Assembly (NCBI GenBank): GCA_032718475.1
Contig: JAUCBJ010005545.1
Span: 1-42,704 of the forward strand
Length of the DNA stretch: 42,704 nt
Direction: 5' to 3'
Origin: Nemertoderma westbladi
Lineage: Eukaryota > Animalia > Xenacoelomorpha
Each line of letters opens with the position of its first letter. Position 1 is the stretch's first letter. The position numbers were made by a program, and so were the translations under genes. Shown here one piece after another: positions 1 to 11,448 of the stretch. The notes under the pieces are model-generated. The model had not been told where the DNA came from. It did not search any database and worked only from the letters and a program-made list of their open reading frames with translations.

Positions 1-1880
1 GTTAGGGCTGCATCTAGGTCCCTGAACAGGCAGTACTCTGTTAATCTACAGGAGCTAATAAACCAACAGGTTGATGCCATCAATGATGCTGACGACAGCA
101 GGCAATCATCCCAGGCATGGAAATCGATCAACTTGCTTACTGGTCGGAAAAGCCAACCAACCACCAAGGTTAAGGCTGAATCACCAGCCGATCGCCTCAA
201 TGGTTGGAAGGCCTACTTTGAAAAGCTCCTCAATAATGACAGGGTATTGCCTGATAACTTTATAGAAGTAAAAGTGTCTTAGTCTGTAGGCCTACTCCCA
301 GAAATTCCCATTGGCGATATCTCCCTTGAAGAAGTGAATGCTGCTGCAAAGAGCATTAAGACAAATCGTGCCAGTGGAGTAGATGGTGTTCCCCCGAGGT
401 CTTTAAAATACCCGAGTGTTTAAAGCTCATCTATCCCATCATAGTAGACATGTGCCGAACAACAAGAGTCCCACAAGAAATGAAAACAAATAAGTTGGTG
501 CCAGTTCCCAAGAAGGGCAACCTAACACTCTATGGTTCTTTTCGGGGAATCTCATTGATCTCGATTGCTGCAAAGCTATACAATAGAATTATATTAAATC
601 GCATCAGGGATCCCATTGAGAGACTGATCCGTGGAAATCAGAATGGGTTCCGTAGAGGTCGTGGGACCATAGAGCCCATTTTGGCACTTAGAATGATAAT
701 TGAAGATTGAAGATCACGTATGCTCAGCATACTTTCATTATATGGGATTCCTGATGAAATTATTGCAGCAATCAGATCAGTATACGATGGTTCGACAACA
801 TTTGTGTCTACTGTTGACGGTGACACAGAACCATTTGAAGTGTTATGGGGCGTCCTCCAGGAAGACACACTTGCACCATTCTTGTTCATAATTGTGGTTG
901 ACTATGTTCTACGCATGTCCTTAGATCATCATAATGATGGTGGGGTGATGATAACTCCACCTACTGGCTCCAGAAGACGAGGAAATCCTGCCAAGTACCT
1001 AACTGATCTAGACTTTGCTGATGACTTAGGAGTACTCTCAGAATCACTAGAGGGAGCCCAGCGGCTCCTCAGCTCATTAGAACATGCTGCTTCTAGTGTT
1101 GGTCTTTTTATTAACTCCAGAAAGACCAACATTTTGACAGTTAACTTTGAAAGTCCTCAGCAAGTCTCTGATCGGATGAGCATAAGCTCAAAGGATGGTA
1201 TGCTTGAGCATGTGGACGACTTCTGTTACCTGGGATCATGGATCCGGAAGTCAGGTGAGGCCCTTCGAATACGCAAGGGAAAGGTATGGGCAGTCTTGAA
1301 TAGGCTTTCCAGGATTTGGAAGTCACCGAGAATTAATCGGAAACTTAAGGTCCGATTATTTAGAGCAGCAGTAGTTCCAGTACTCCTCTATGGGAGTCCA
1401 TGCTGGGCTCTAACTGCTGAGGACACCAAATCTCTGGATGGCACATTCGCAAGAATGCTACGCCTGGTTCATTGTGTCAAGTACAATGCACACATCTCCA
1501 ACCAGACACTATATAACATTGGAGGTGTCTCATTGGTTCCCCCAAGCTTGACACTAGAACAAAATCGCCTCCGCTTTGCAGGACATTGCTTTCGCCGTGA
1601 GGACCAGCCAGTACATAATCTTGTTCTTTGGCAGCCTCATGTAGTGAATAAGCATGGTGGACCGCCCATGATTTTCTTGGGACGCATCTTAAAGGACACT
1701 GGCCCTGAAGATGAGGATGATCTAGCAAATGTCATGGGTGATAGGGAGTTGTGGCGGCGCAATTTTGTCGACAAGCCGGCATAGCATTCTTAAACACCCA
1801 CCCGGTAACCTACTCTTCTCTTTCAATTGGCAACCACGAGATAAGTGGCTTTTTTACTATTATTATTAGCGATTATTACT
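1..1880 (+). mobile_element. Degraded RTE-like non-LTR retrotransposon (reverse transcriptase), lying in the CK2beta intron in antisense orientation
   Basis: ORFs 450-710 and 720-1784 carry RT motifs FRGISLISIAAKLYNR, QNGFRRGRGT, GVLQEDTLAPFLF and DFADD, plus an RTE-type C-terminus (RLRFAGHCFR). The xDFxKAFD motif is missing near 710 (deletion) and there are stops upstream. A short TAT-rich tail lies near 1855-1880. Confidence 0.85.
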
Positions 1881-2438
1881 GGCGGGAATTCCCGAATTAT
1901 CGGCAAACCCTTAGAAAAGTGTAAAGAAATGCCTGAGACTCCAAATTCCCTGCAATATCAGAATGTATGATGAAAGTATGACGTACTTTTTTTTTGATAA
2001 TAGCAGTACCAGTAACAATAAAAGGCAAACCATAACTATTCCACTTTCAATTTCATAGCAACAACGAGGCATCTTGGACAGCAAACCCTATTCGTGCGAT
2101 TTGAAAACAAAACAAGCATTATAATAAATAACAGAATAATGATGGCATTATGTCAATGGCTAACTGACCGGATCCATTCTGCCATTGCTCAATAGAGCGG
2201 ACCCATTTACGGACACATTCAGACACCAGGTTACTTAATTGTGGTAATACAGTAATAAGGGTCCGGTCAATAATATACAAGTAAAATATAAATAAAATAT
2301 AAAGTTTCAATACGGTATTTAGAGGGTCCACGGTCTGGGTCCAGTCAGTCAGTACAGTTACAGTACAGCAGTAGCCAGGTAGCTACTTCTAATAACGATA
2401 TCGAGTTTCTGCAGTTCTGTCTTTATTGATAAACAAAC

Positions 2439-2613
2439 CTGGTTCGAGGTCTAAGATCATATCGAGTGCCTGCCTGTAATGAGGAACTTGTTCGTTGAGG
2501 CCAGTTAAATTGAACTTGTCTTGAATATAATCTTCGTCTACTTCACAAAAAAATTCATTGCCCCGAAGCCCACAAAACCAGGATATCCAAGAAACTTCTT
2601 CCGAACTACTCAT
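2439..2613 (-). CDS. CSNK2B: Casein kinase II subunit beta, first coding exon (gene continues beyond the left edge)
   Basis: [58 protein letters not shown] is the known CK2beta N-terminus. Similarity stops at a GT donor (G|GTTTGT, intron starts at 2438) after 175 coding nt, the same position as a vertebrate CSNK2B intron. Confidence 0.95.
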
Positions 2614-3844
2614 TATGTAAGATTAAGGGTCAGTTTAAAAGGTGAATCGGTGCAGAGCTGCAGTGTAGACAACGAAAGAAGAACCGGCACGGTACCGGTA
2701 CAAAAATAGAAGATAATTAATTATATAATTAATACCATATTACAGTTACAGACTGACAGAGTACGGTACAGAGAACGGCAGTACGGGTACCGGTACCTCT
2801 TGCATCCTGACCTTCCCTACTACAGTACTACTAGCTGACTAGTACAGTAGTACTACCGGTACCGGTACTGCACTGTCAGACTGTACTGCTGTACTACCAG
2901 ACTACAGTCAGACAGTACAGCAGTAGGCCTACTGCAGTACTACGAGCAGACGAGTAATCTGGTAATCAGGTAATTACAGAATTACTACAGTACAGCAGTA
3001 CTACGGATACCAGACCTGTCTGCCACCAGCCACTGCCTGCAGGTGGCAGGGCATAGGGCCTACTAGCCAGCTAGCTACTAATTCGAGTACCGGTAGGGCA
3101 GTAGGGCTACCTAGCTGCTGAACTGCCCAATGCTGAACTGCCTAATGCTGTAATGCATTGCTGCATTGCACAGTTGCAAACCGCAACCTGTCTGCCCTGC
3201 CTGTGCTGCTGTGGTCTGGCTGTCTGGTGGTCAGTGGTATGCCTACTGCAGTACAGCAGTACTGGGTACATTAGATCGCAATTAGATCGTGATTAGATCG
3301 CATGCAATCGTGCTACTTACAGTTTATCGTTGACAGGGGTAAATTATAAATATGAAAGAATGTACAGAGAACACAGAACATATTATAGTACAGTACAGCA
3401 GTACAAAAAGGACAAGAACAATACAAGTACTATACGGTAGATACGAGGACAGTTACGTAATGTAATAATAAATTGCAGCTATAATTAATTTGTACTATAG
3501 TTATTACTACGGTGGTGAGTTGTACAGCATGTATGTAGTGCACTACTTTACTTTACTGCGTTACACTAACAGACTAAACACACCCTCATCCACAGTACAG
3601 TTAGCATCAGTGAACTGGTGAAAGACTCTACTCTTGAAGTTGGTGCCAGGTTTGTATAGGCCAATATGATAATAGGCCTTTCTTCCCTTCCCTACACATA
3701 CCAACCGTACCGGTATCTACCTACAGCTAATATTATAATACAACACAGACTGAAGGGGAGACTGAAAGTGAAAATCTTTCGATAGGCCTTCTGTCTTCAC
3801 ATCAACAAGCCAGAAGAAAGCGGGAAATTCAAATTATACTTTAT

Positions 3845-4075
3845 AAAACATTAATTTTTTTTTAGCAAAACATTAATTTTTTTTAAAACATTAATTTTTT
3901 TTTAGCAAAACATTAATTTTTTTAGCAAAACATTAATTTTTTTTTAGCAAAACATTAATTTTTTTTAGCAAAACATTAATTTTTTTTAGCAAAACATTGA
4001 TTTTTTTTAACAAAACATTAACTTTTTTTTAGCAAAACATTAATTTTTTTTAGCAAAACATTATTTTTTTTTTAC
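3845..4075. repeat. Minisatellite, ~21-23 bp unit (AAAACATTAAT(n)AGC), about 10 copies
   Basis: Directly visible tandem copies with variable T-run length. Confidence 0.9.
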
Positions 4076-4199
4076 AAACTTAAATAACTTTTTTTAAACG
4101 TTTAAAAAAAAATGCAATAATTGGCCGCAACTCACCACCGTATATTACGGATGCAATATAAATTTTACATAATATATCAATACTATATGGTATTCCAAA

Positions 4200-7170
4200 T
4201 TCACGTTATAGATTATGGATAGATAGTTTTATAGCTTTCTTAAATTTATACAGATTTATTGATTGTCGAACAGCGGTTGGTAGAGCATTCCAGACCTCTG
4301 GTGCCAGTGCCATATCACTCGTATAGATTGTTTAGCAACCAGTAATCGTGTTCGGGGGACTGTGCACTTCCCACGTGCAGTCATTGTTGGTGGCGGTGCG
4401 CGTTCGGTGTTGGTGGGTTGTAGATGTGAATGTAAGAAGTGATGTGAACATGTCTAGAGGTCCTGTATAATCTTTTCTATGTGAGTGTAGCAAAGTGTTT
4501 GCTACCTGTTTGATGTATATGGACCGTATAGTTAGTGGGTGGAAATTAGGGTTTCCCCTACTGATTACAATACATTCATTCTGCTTTCTGTTGTAATTTA
4601 TGTAATGTTTTCAATGTTGTATCGGGTGAGTCAGTAGGTGACCGAGGTTTTCGTCGGCGTCTTGGGTGTGTGTGTCCGCGTCCGTGGTGTGAGTGTCCGG
4701 GGTGTGAGTGTTCGGGGTGTGAGTGTCCGGGGTTGTGTTGGGAGGAGACTGGGGGCATTGTACTGAATGATTTTGTTGACCATACGGCATTACAATACTG
4801 TAAGTAAGGGTCAACTAGTGTATTATATAGTATAATTAGTATTTCGGGCTTTACAAAGTTTTTTATTTTGTTAATTATACCGATGTTGCGGCTGAGTTTA
4901 TTGAGAATGTGATAATGTGATATGGTATTTCCATGTCAAGTGTTCATTCATCTATTAGAAATGCCAAGGAATTTAATCACTTTACATCGGTCAATAATAT
5001 AATTATCGATTTTGATTGCGGTTTCAGGGTGGATGGAGCCTTATTTGTTTATTATGTGTATGGAATATTATGTAATTTGTTTTTTTTTTAATTTAGGGTC
5101 AATCTGCTACTGTATTAAGACTGAACCACTCAGTGAGTTTGCAAAGTTCTTCGTTTATGTCAGCAATTACTCGGTTTAAGTCCGTATCTGATTTGAATAA
5201 GTTAGTGTCATCAGCGAATAGTATAAACTTTACATGGTTTGATATATTGGTGACGTCATTCGTGTACAGTATATAATGAAAAGTAGAGGGCTAAGTAGAC
5301 TACCCTGGGGCAGTCCTATTACAATTGTTAATCGAGCCGACTTTCCTGTTCTTATGGTAACAAACTGAACACGATCAGTGAGGTAGTTTGTTATCCAAGC
5401 TAGAACTATATCGGCTATTCCGTATCGTTGTAGTTTTTTAATAAGTATCTGGTGGTTCACTGTATCGAAGGCTTTGGACAGATCCAATGACACTCCTACA
5501 GTGAACTCACCCTTGTCGAGAGACCCTGTAACGTGCTCCAGTAGTGTTAGTACACGTAGTGCATGTTGGGTTGATTGATTATGTCTGAAGCCAAATTGCG
5601 ATGGCGAGTTTAGTTAAATAGTCAGGAAGTTCTGTATGTACGATTTTTTTAGAATTTTAATTTCGAGAAGTAACAGAGAACAGATATTGGCCTGTAGTTT
5701 TCTACAAAGAGGTAGGATTTGCAGCTTTGTATAAAGGTGTAACGCAAGCAATTTTAATTTGTTTTGGCCTAGTTCCCCTGCAAAGGGAAAGGTTTATAAT
5801 GTAAGCAAGTGGTTCTGCAATTAATGAAATTGTTTGTTGGGTGTGCACTTGATGCAGCTAATTTATCATACCCTGGACTGGTGCGATTGTTCAGGTCGTT
5901 GGCAGTGAGTACAATGCAAGGTGTACTAAATAACTGGTCATGCAGCGAGCGGATTGCTGAAATTAGCGTGGGCCGATCTTTTCCCCTATTTATGGCACTA
6001 TTTTCATAATATTTCCTTAGAAACTTCTTTTGTGCTACTTTGGTTAGGTGGATATGATGATTAGGATTCATAGCAATGTAATAAAATATATTTCTGTAAT
6101 TTTTATCTTGTAGTTGCCAAGGTAACCGGGTTCAAAGTTCAAATTTCGAGCGCCTGTAATTTGGCATATGAGTAAACGGAATAAAAGTCTATCAAAATAT
6201 TTTCATTAAAATTTTTTTTCAATCCCGTTTCCATGGTGACGGTAATTACGATAATTTCCCATTATGACCGCCAGATAGAAATTGGGCTACTATTTACTAC
6301 TTATATAATTTTCAACAAACATGCCTGGAGGCTGTCCTTTATTTCTAATAATTGCTAACCGAAATTTAATATTCTGGAATGTCAAAATCATGCTATCACA
6401 GGTCTTGCTCTCTGATTGGACAGTTTAGTTCATTGGCAAATATTGACTTTTAGAAATATGATTCACAATTGACGAATTATAAAATAAAATGTTGGCATTT
6501 TTAACTTATTATTTAGACTGACAAACCGAATAAAAATGGTGTTTTATAGAATTGGTAGACAATTTTTCAATTTTCTCATTATACTTATTTCCATGGGAAC
6601 GGGAATGTAAACAAATTCAAATATAAAATATTTTGATAGTCATCTATTCCCTTTAATTACCTACCAAATCTCAAGAACAGAATCCATCGTCGCCTTGAAA
6701 TACAGGCGCGCAAAGTTTGAAATTTGCACCCGGTTGGTTACCTTGGCAACTACAATATATAAATTCCAGAAAGACATTTTATTAAACCCTAGTCATCATA
6801 TCCACCTAACAAAAGTAGCATAAAATAAGTTTCTAAGGAAATATTATGAAAAAAGTGCCATAAATAGGGAAAAGATCGGCCCACGCTAATTTCAGCAATT
6901 CGCTCGCTGCATGACCATTTATTTAGTACAGTAGTACACCTTGGTACAATGCTAGTTGCAGTTATGTGATTAAATGTTATGTTTTCAGTTTTTCTGTCGG
7001 CTCTGCCTGTGGTAGGTAGTCTAATGGGGAACCGTCAGGTTTTGGTATCTTTTTGTCTAATTGTAAGCCTATGTTTTGGTAGTGAGTATTAAAGCAAGTC
7101 GCAATTTCATCAGGGTCTGTTATTGTTCGATTGTTATTAGTGATCAGTGAAGTTATCCAAGTGCCTCTCA
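4200..7170 (-). mobile_element. Degraded, 5'-truncated CR1/L2-group LINE ORF2, interrupted by a DNA transposon at 5917-6943
   Basis: Minus-strand fragments SPGYDKL, YRPIS, FGFR, SLDLSKAFDTVNHQILIKKLQRYGI, GLPQGSLLSPLLFIIY, LFADDTNL and YCNAVW, with many frameshifts. Coding similarity resumes across the inserted element. Confidence 0.85.
5917..6943. mobile_element. Non-autonomous DNA transposon (P-element-like or hAT-like), 1027 bp, ~240-bp TIRs
   Basis: Ends CAAGGTGTACTA...TAGTACACCTTG; 5917-~6160 is an imperfect inverted repeat of ~6700-6943; 8-bp TSD GTACAATG at 5909-5916 and 6944-6951. Confidence 0.9.
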
Positions 7171-7189
7171 GTCAATTATATAGGGGGCC

Positions 7190-7273
7190 CAAGGACTACC
7201 TTAGTAGTATAGTATAGTAGTATGTAATATAGTACCGTAGTATAGTATACTGTATGTAGTATAGTAGTCCTTG
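7190..7273. mobile_element. 84-bp MITE with CAAGGACTAC TIRs
   Basis: CAAGGACTAC...GTAGTCCTTG flanked by the 8-bp direct repeat AGGGGGCC (7182-7189 and 7274-7281). Confidence 0.8.
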
Positions 7274-7298
7274 AGGGGGCCCATAAAACAATCTGATA

Positions 7299-10268
7299 AT
7301 GGGTATACTGCTGTACTGTAATATAATAATGAATTTATATGATTTTATCATCTCGTTTCTACCGCTGGTTATTCTACCCAGTATTTGTTTCTTCCTTGCA
7401 TACAAACTTTGGTCCGATCACAAGAAATTTATTTCGAGGAAAACACCCGGATCACTAATAGTGGACACAAAACGAATAATCAGCGAAGCGATAGGTCACT
7501 CGTACAATCCGACAAGTACCGGTAACCATACCAACCCTACAGCTGCTGAAGCAAAGTCAGTGACGGACCAGCAATTAAACGATATTTTTAACTTGGTCGC
7601 GATCAACTACATCAAACCGTGGTATAACGAAATCGCTTACAACCCAGACATATTCATAGACTCATTGCATGATGACGTCATACAATTTATTAAGAACTTC
7701 GTCGATTCCGCTAAACGTGTTGACATGGTAACCTTTCTCACCCGTGACGTAATCAACGCCCTCATACGGCATCTTGGAGAACTGCGTAGCACTGCGATCG
7801 TGCCGGGAAGGCCACCGGAAGTTAAACCCACTCCCTTCCGACTCCACTCGAGTCTCCAGTCTCAACAACACGAACTCCGTTTTCTAAGTGACGTCACAGA
7901 TAAATTCCTGCGAGCGTTCTTGCCGTGCGGTTTGAAACGCAGTCGTTTGGTAACTTCGGCGATACGGGACATATTAGTGAACCAGGTACTGAAACCTTCA
8001 GTGGATTACCTGGCCGACCCTGTGAATATAAACCAAATTATTCTCAACTATTTCAAACAACTGAACGACGTTAAAACAAACTACAAATACACTTTCTCTG
8101 AAAGTTACGAGTCCTTTATTAAACTGATTAATTTCAGTCGGGATATCGATGAGCTTAAGGCGATGCGATACCGGACAATAGCTGAGATAATGCAAGCTAC
8201 TAGGATGAAAGCCATTAAAGAAACTCAGGGTATAGATGCAGATAAGGTTCTCGGTAAAGCCAGTGGCTCGAAGGGGGACTTATTGTTCGCGCGCAACCTC
8301 AATAGGTATCTCAATCAGTTAACCTACGCGAAATCGTTGTGCGAACGGCGTATACAGACTCTGGGAGGGGGAGGTGATGGGGGGCGTGCGGGGGTAGGAG
8401 GGCACAGAGAGAGGAACGGGAAAGGGGGGCACAAAGAGAGGACCGGGAAAGGGGGGCATAACGAAAGGACCGGGAAAGGGGGCCACAGAGAGATGACGGG
8501 GGAAGGGGGCCACAGCGAGATGGCGGGGGGAGGGGGGCACAGAGAGAGGACCGGGAAAGGGGGCCACAGCGAGATGACGGGGGGAGGGGGCCACAGCGAG
8601 ATGGCGGGGGAAGGGGGGCACAAGATGAAGGTGGGCGGCCACAGACGATCACCCCGTGGCTCTGATAAATCCTGGGATTCAGTCAATCTCATTCCGTTGC
8701 ACAACATTCTGGGAAACAAAGAGAGTAGGAATAAATTCCTAGGATTCATGGAGACCCAGACGGTGAGTCATTGGTACCACTATTGGCTATCTCTGAGCAA
8801 CCTACAGACTGTAACAGACCCAACCAAGTACTACAACTGCGCCAAACAGATCTACAAGGTTTACTTAAAACCTCCGTCGTCCGTTTCCGTACAGAAGGTA
8901 ACGACGTCTTCGATCCGAGATTACATAGAGGGGAACACGATGGAGAAACAGGCCTTCATATCGGCCCTGAAGGAAGCCTACGACGTCATCGAACGGAAGT
9001 ATTACCCGGCGTTCGTGGGGAGCGAGGAGTACCACGGCTTGTGTAAACGGTTGCTATGCGACCCGTTGGTAGCGGATGCCTCGGAGACGGTTGCTAAGGA
9101 GGAGGATGAAGACTTAGCTACAGACTATTCCAATGTTAAACTGAAAGATTTGCAGCAGCGGGTCAGCAACAAACAGCAGGCGTTGGAGGACGAGTTGCTG
9201 GGCAACCCGGGCGGAGACACACCGCGTATAGAGGCGTTGCGGGAGGAAATCAACCAATTAGAAGCGAGCTGTCGCCGTCTTGAGTATTACATCAGGATCG
9301 AGGATGTTTACTGGTCTATGATTGGTCAATGGAACGTGCAGATTCCTACCGTAGTCGTTGACGACGAATGTAAACAAGCGATTTACACGGTTATCGTCTA
9401 TCTTGGCGACATGGATTCGGACAGCCCTTCCGGATGGGTCGTCTTCCGGTCTATCCGGGAGTTCCAACGGCTCCACGCCCGGTTGAAACACGTCACCCCA
9501 TGGGTGAGTCACTTCCGTCTCCCGGGAGGCGGTATGTTTTCCGCGTCGTCGTCGAAAAAGTCCGCGGATGGTTGGCGGAAAGTCCTCGAGAAGTTTCTCA
9601 ATTCGCTGACCCACGACGAGGCCACGGCCCCGAACGAGGGTTTGTTTCACTTTCTTTCCCCAACGGAGAGTCGAGATGATCGTAAAAATCGGAACAAAAA
9701 CCTTTTAGCCGACAAACTTCCTCGGTTAAACTTGAAATTATTTAACTCCTTTAAGAACGACGATGTCGTAGAATTGGAAGATAATATCGCAGAGCCTCTT
9801 TACGGACTCATTAACGAACTGTTTCGATTAAAAGGCGCCTCCAGATGGCTCCGTAAAACTTTGTTTCTTTTCGTCCAACAAACCTTCGGTTCCACAATAA
9901 ACAAACAGATTTACTCAACTGTAAACTGGTTGTGCAGCGAGGCTATGATTGGCTATTACCTCGGTAACTTTAAGCTGTCTATGTGGCCCCCCTCTAGCAG
10001 TGACTGTGGTACTGGTGAAAGCTCAGCTCGTTTGCAGAGTGATGAAGAGAAGTTGCGGGTTAAGGTGCAAGCGTTGGGTGCGTTTATGCGAGGTGTTCCT
10101 ATGGTGCTGAAGAATCTACTGGGTGCGGATAACTGTCAGTCAGCTGTAGCTGGTGTTTTCAACGGCGTACAGGATTCCTATACTAACAAACATCTTATAT
10201 ATAATATCATCGATATCTATACTCCGCAATTATATCAGCAGTCGCATTCATCAGTCTCAACTATCTAG
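7299..10268 (+). CDS. SNX25: Sorting nexin 25-like protein (TM-PXA-RGS-PX-Nexin_C), single exon
   Basis: N-terminal hydrophobic segment; PXA (INYIKPWY, LADPVNINQII); SNX25-type GDLLFARNLNRYLNQLTYAKSLCERRIQTLGG; RGS-like YYPAFVGSEEY; PX (WVVFRSIREFQRLHARL); Nexin_C (AEPLYGLINELF...WLR, NKHLIYNIID). The true start may be the ATG at 7329. An AATAAA follows at ~10283. Confidence 0.88.
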   Translation: MGILLYCNIIMNLYDFIISFLPLVILPSICFFLAYKLWSDHKKFISRKTPGSLIVDTKRIISEAIGHSYNPTSTGNHTNPTAAEAKSVTDQQLNDIFNLVAINYIKPWYNEIAYNPDIFIDSLHDDVIQFIKNFVDSAKRVDMVTFLTRDVINALIRHLGELRSTAIVPGRPPEVKPTPFRLHSSLQSQQHELRFLSDVTDKFLRAFLPCGLKRSRLVTSAIRDILVNQVLKPSVDYLADPVNINQIILNYFKQLNDVKTNYKYTFSESYESFIKLINFSRDIDELKAMRYRTIAEIMQATRMKAIKETQGIDADKVLGKASGSKGDLLFARNLNRYLNQLTYAKSLCERRIQTLGGGGDGGRAGVGGHRERNGKGGHKERTGKGGHNERTGKGGHREMTGEGGHSEMAGGGGHRERTGKGGHSEMTGGGGHSEMAGEGGHKMKVGGHRRSPRGSDKSWDSVNLIPLHNILGNKESRNKFLGFMETQTVSHWYHYWLSLSNLQTVTDPTKYYNCAKQIYKVYLKPPSSVSVQKVTTSSIRDYIEGNTMEKQAFISALKEAYDVIERKYYPAFVGSEEYHGLCKRLLCDPLVADASETVAKEEDEDLATDYSNVKLKDLQQRVSNKQQALEDELLGNPGGDTPRIEALREEINQLEASCRRLEYYIRIEDVYWSMIGQWNVQIPTVVVDDECKQAIYTVIVYLGDMDSDSPSGWVVFRSIREFQRLHARLKHVTPWVSHFRLPGGGMFSASSSKKSADGWRKVLEKFLNSLTHDEATAPNEGLFHFLSPTESRDDRKNRNKNLLADKLPRLNLKLFNSFKNDDVVELEDNIAEPLYGLINELFRLKGASRWLRKTLFLFVQQTFGSTINKQIYSTVNWLCSEAMIGYYLGNFKLSMWPPSSSDCGTGESSARLQSDEEKLRVKVQALGAFMRGVPMVLKNLLGADNCQSAVAGVFNGVQDSYTNKHLIYNIIDIYTPQLYQQSHSSVSTI
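8398..8645 (+). repeat. In-frame 27-bp minisatellite inside the SNX25-like CDS (GGHxExxGx, ~9 copies)
   Basis: Translated units GGHRERNGK, GGHKERTGK, GGHNERTGK, GGHREMTGE, GGHSEMAGG and so on. Confidence 0.9.
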
Positions 10269-11000
10269 TCGCTCATCAAATCAAATAAATCAATCATAAT
10301 CGCCAAATCCGAAATAGAAATCGTAATTATTGAAATAAATTAACATTTTATTGAAAATCATAATTTTTTGTAAAATATCTCATTCCACCAAAATGAACTA
10401 AATTTTTCTGACAAATTTTATTCTCTCAAAATAATACCTTGAAATTCGAGTTCGATAACACCTTAACAGAAACAAGGGGGTTATGGTTTTAAAAGGTAAA
10501 GACTTCTTCGACAGTTAGGTAATACTCACAAAGTCTGATGACTTATGTCCAGTAATTATTAAATATAATAAATGGCCTTCAGCGAACGACAATTCTTGCA
10601 ATATTTGAATTCCTACAGTATATCTCAGCTGTTTCTCAACGAAACTCAGACATTGTTACATACTGTCCTAGGAATCCTTGCAACGCAAGCTTTAAAATGA
10701 CGGTTAAATGTGAAGAATGTCATCTTTGTAATCCCCATTTCCTCGAAAAAGTGAATTAAAAAGTCAGACAAAAAATATCATTGCCCATTTAAAAGGGGCA
10801 AAGTAACTATAATTATTACCCGCATTTTAAATCACGAATTGTAAATTGCCTCAGCTTCGTCTCGGATATTATAACTGAACCCTAGAACAAATATCTTGGA
10901 AAATAACTCCAAATGCGGGTAAAAAGCAGGTTACCACTTTCTGAAATATAAAGCATAACAAAGGAGTAGCATTTTAAGTCAAAAATATATTTTTTGCAGA

Positions 11001-11245
11001 TGGGGGGAGGGGGGGTGGACTGGACGCAATAAAAATTAATCCCTCTCCAGGGGAAATTCGACGCAAATAACAGCTGATTGTTCTCAAAAATAAAACTGTA
11101 ACCTGTTCTATCGTACTCAGTTTATTGTTTTGATTAAAATAACGTGGCACTGTAACCTGCTCCTTTCCCTAAATTGAGAATTTAACATTGAGGCGGGATA
11201 TTAATTCGCCAAGTTGGGATTTGCGTCCAGTCCCCCCCCCCCCCT
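11001..11245. repeat. Small foldback/MITE-like element containing a copy of a dispersed ~63-bp repeat family
   Basis: G-tract+GGACTGGACGCAA at the left and TTGCGTCCAGTCC+C-tract at the right. The internal CTGTAACCTGCTCCTTTCCC is the reverse complement of the repeat unit at 31050-31385 and 33050-33165. Confidence 0.6.
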
Positions 11246-11448
11246 GTCTCATTTTTTAGCTCTGGCCGCTAAGGGGCGTCAAAAATGAATTTAATAAAAA
11301 TAAACTATCTTGTGCTGAGTTGCAACACTAACTGTCAAGTAAGCTTGTTATATGCCCTTTCTAATGTTATATGTACTGACCCATAAGACAGTAAGAAGTT
11401 TTGTTCGTGGCCTTGCACGCGAGGTAGAATAAAACGTATGTCCTTGTC

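Noticed and set aside
2389-2438. C-terminal tail [16 protein letters not shown] of the 74-aa CK2beta ORF
   Set aside because: Read-through into the intron past the GT donor.
8311-8749. Pro-rich minus-strand ORFs
   Set aside because: Antisense shadows of the G-rich minisatellite in the SNX25-like gene.
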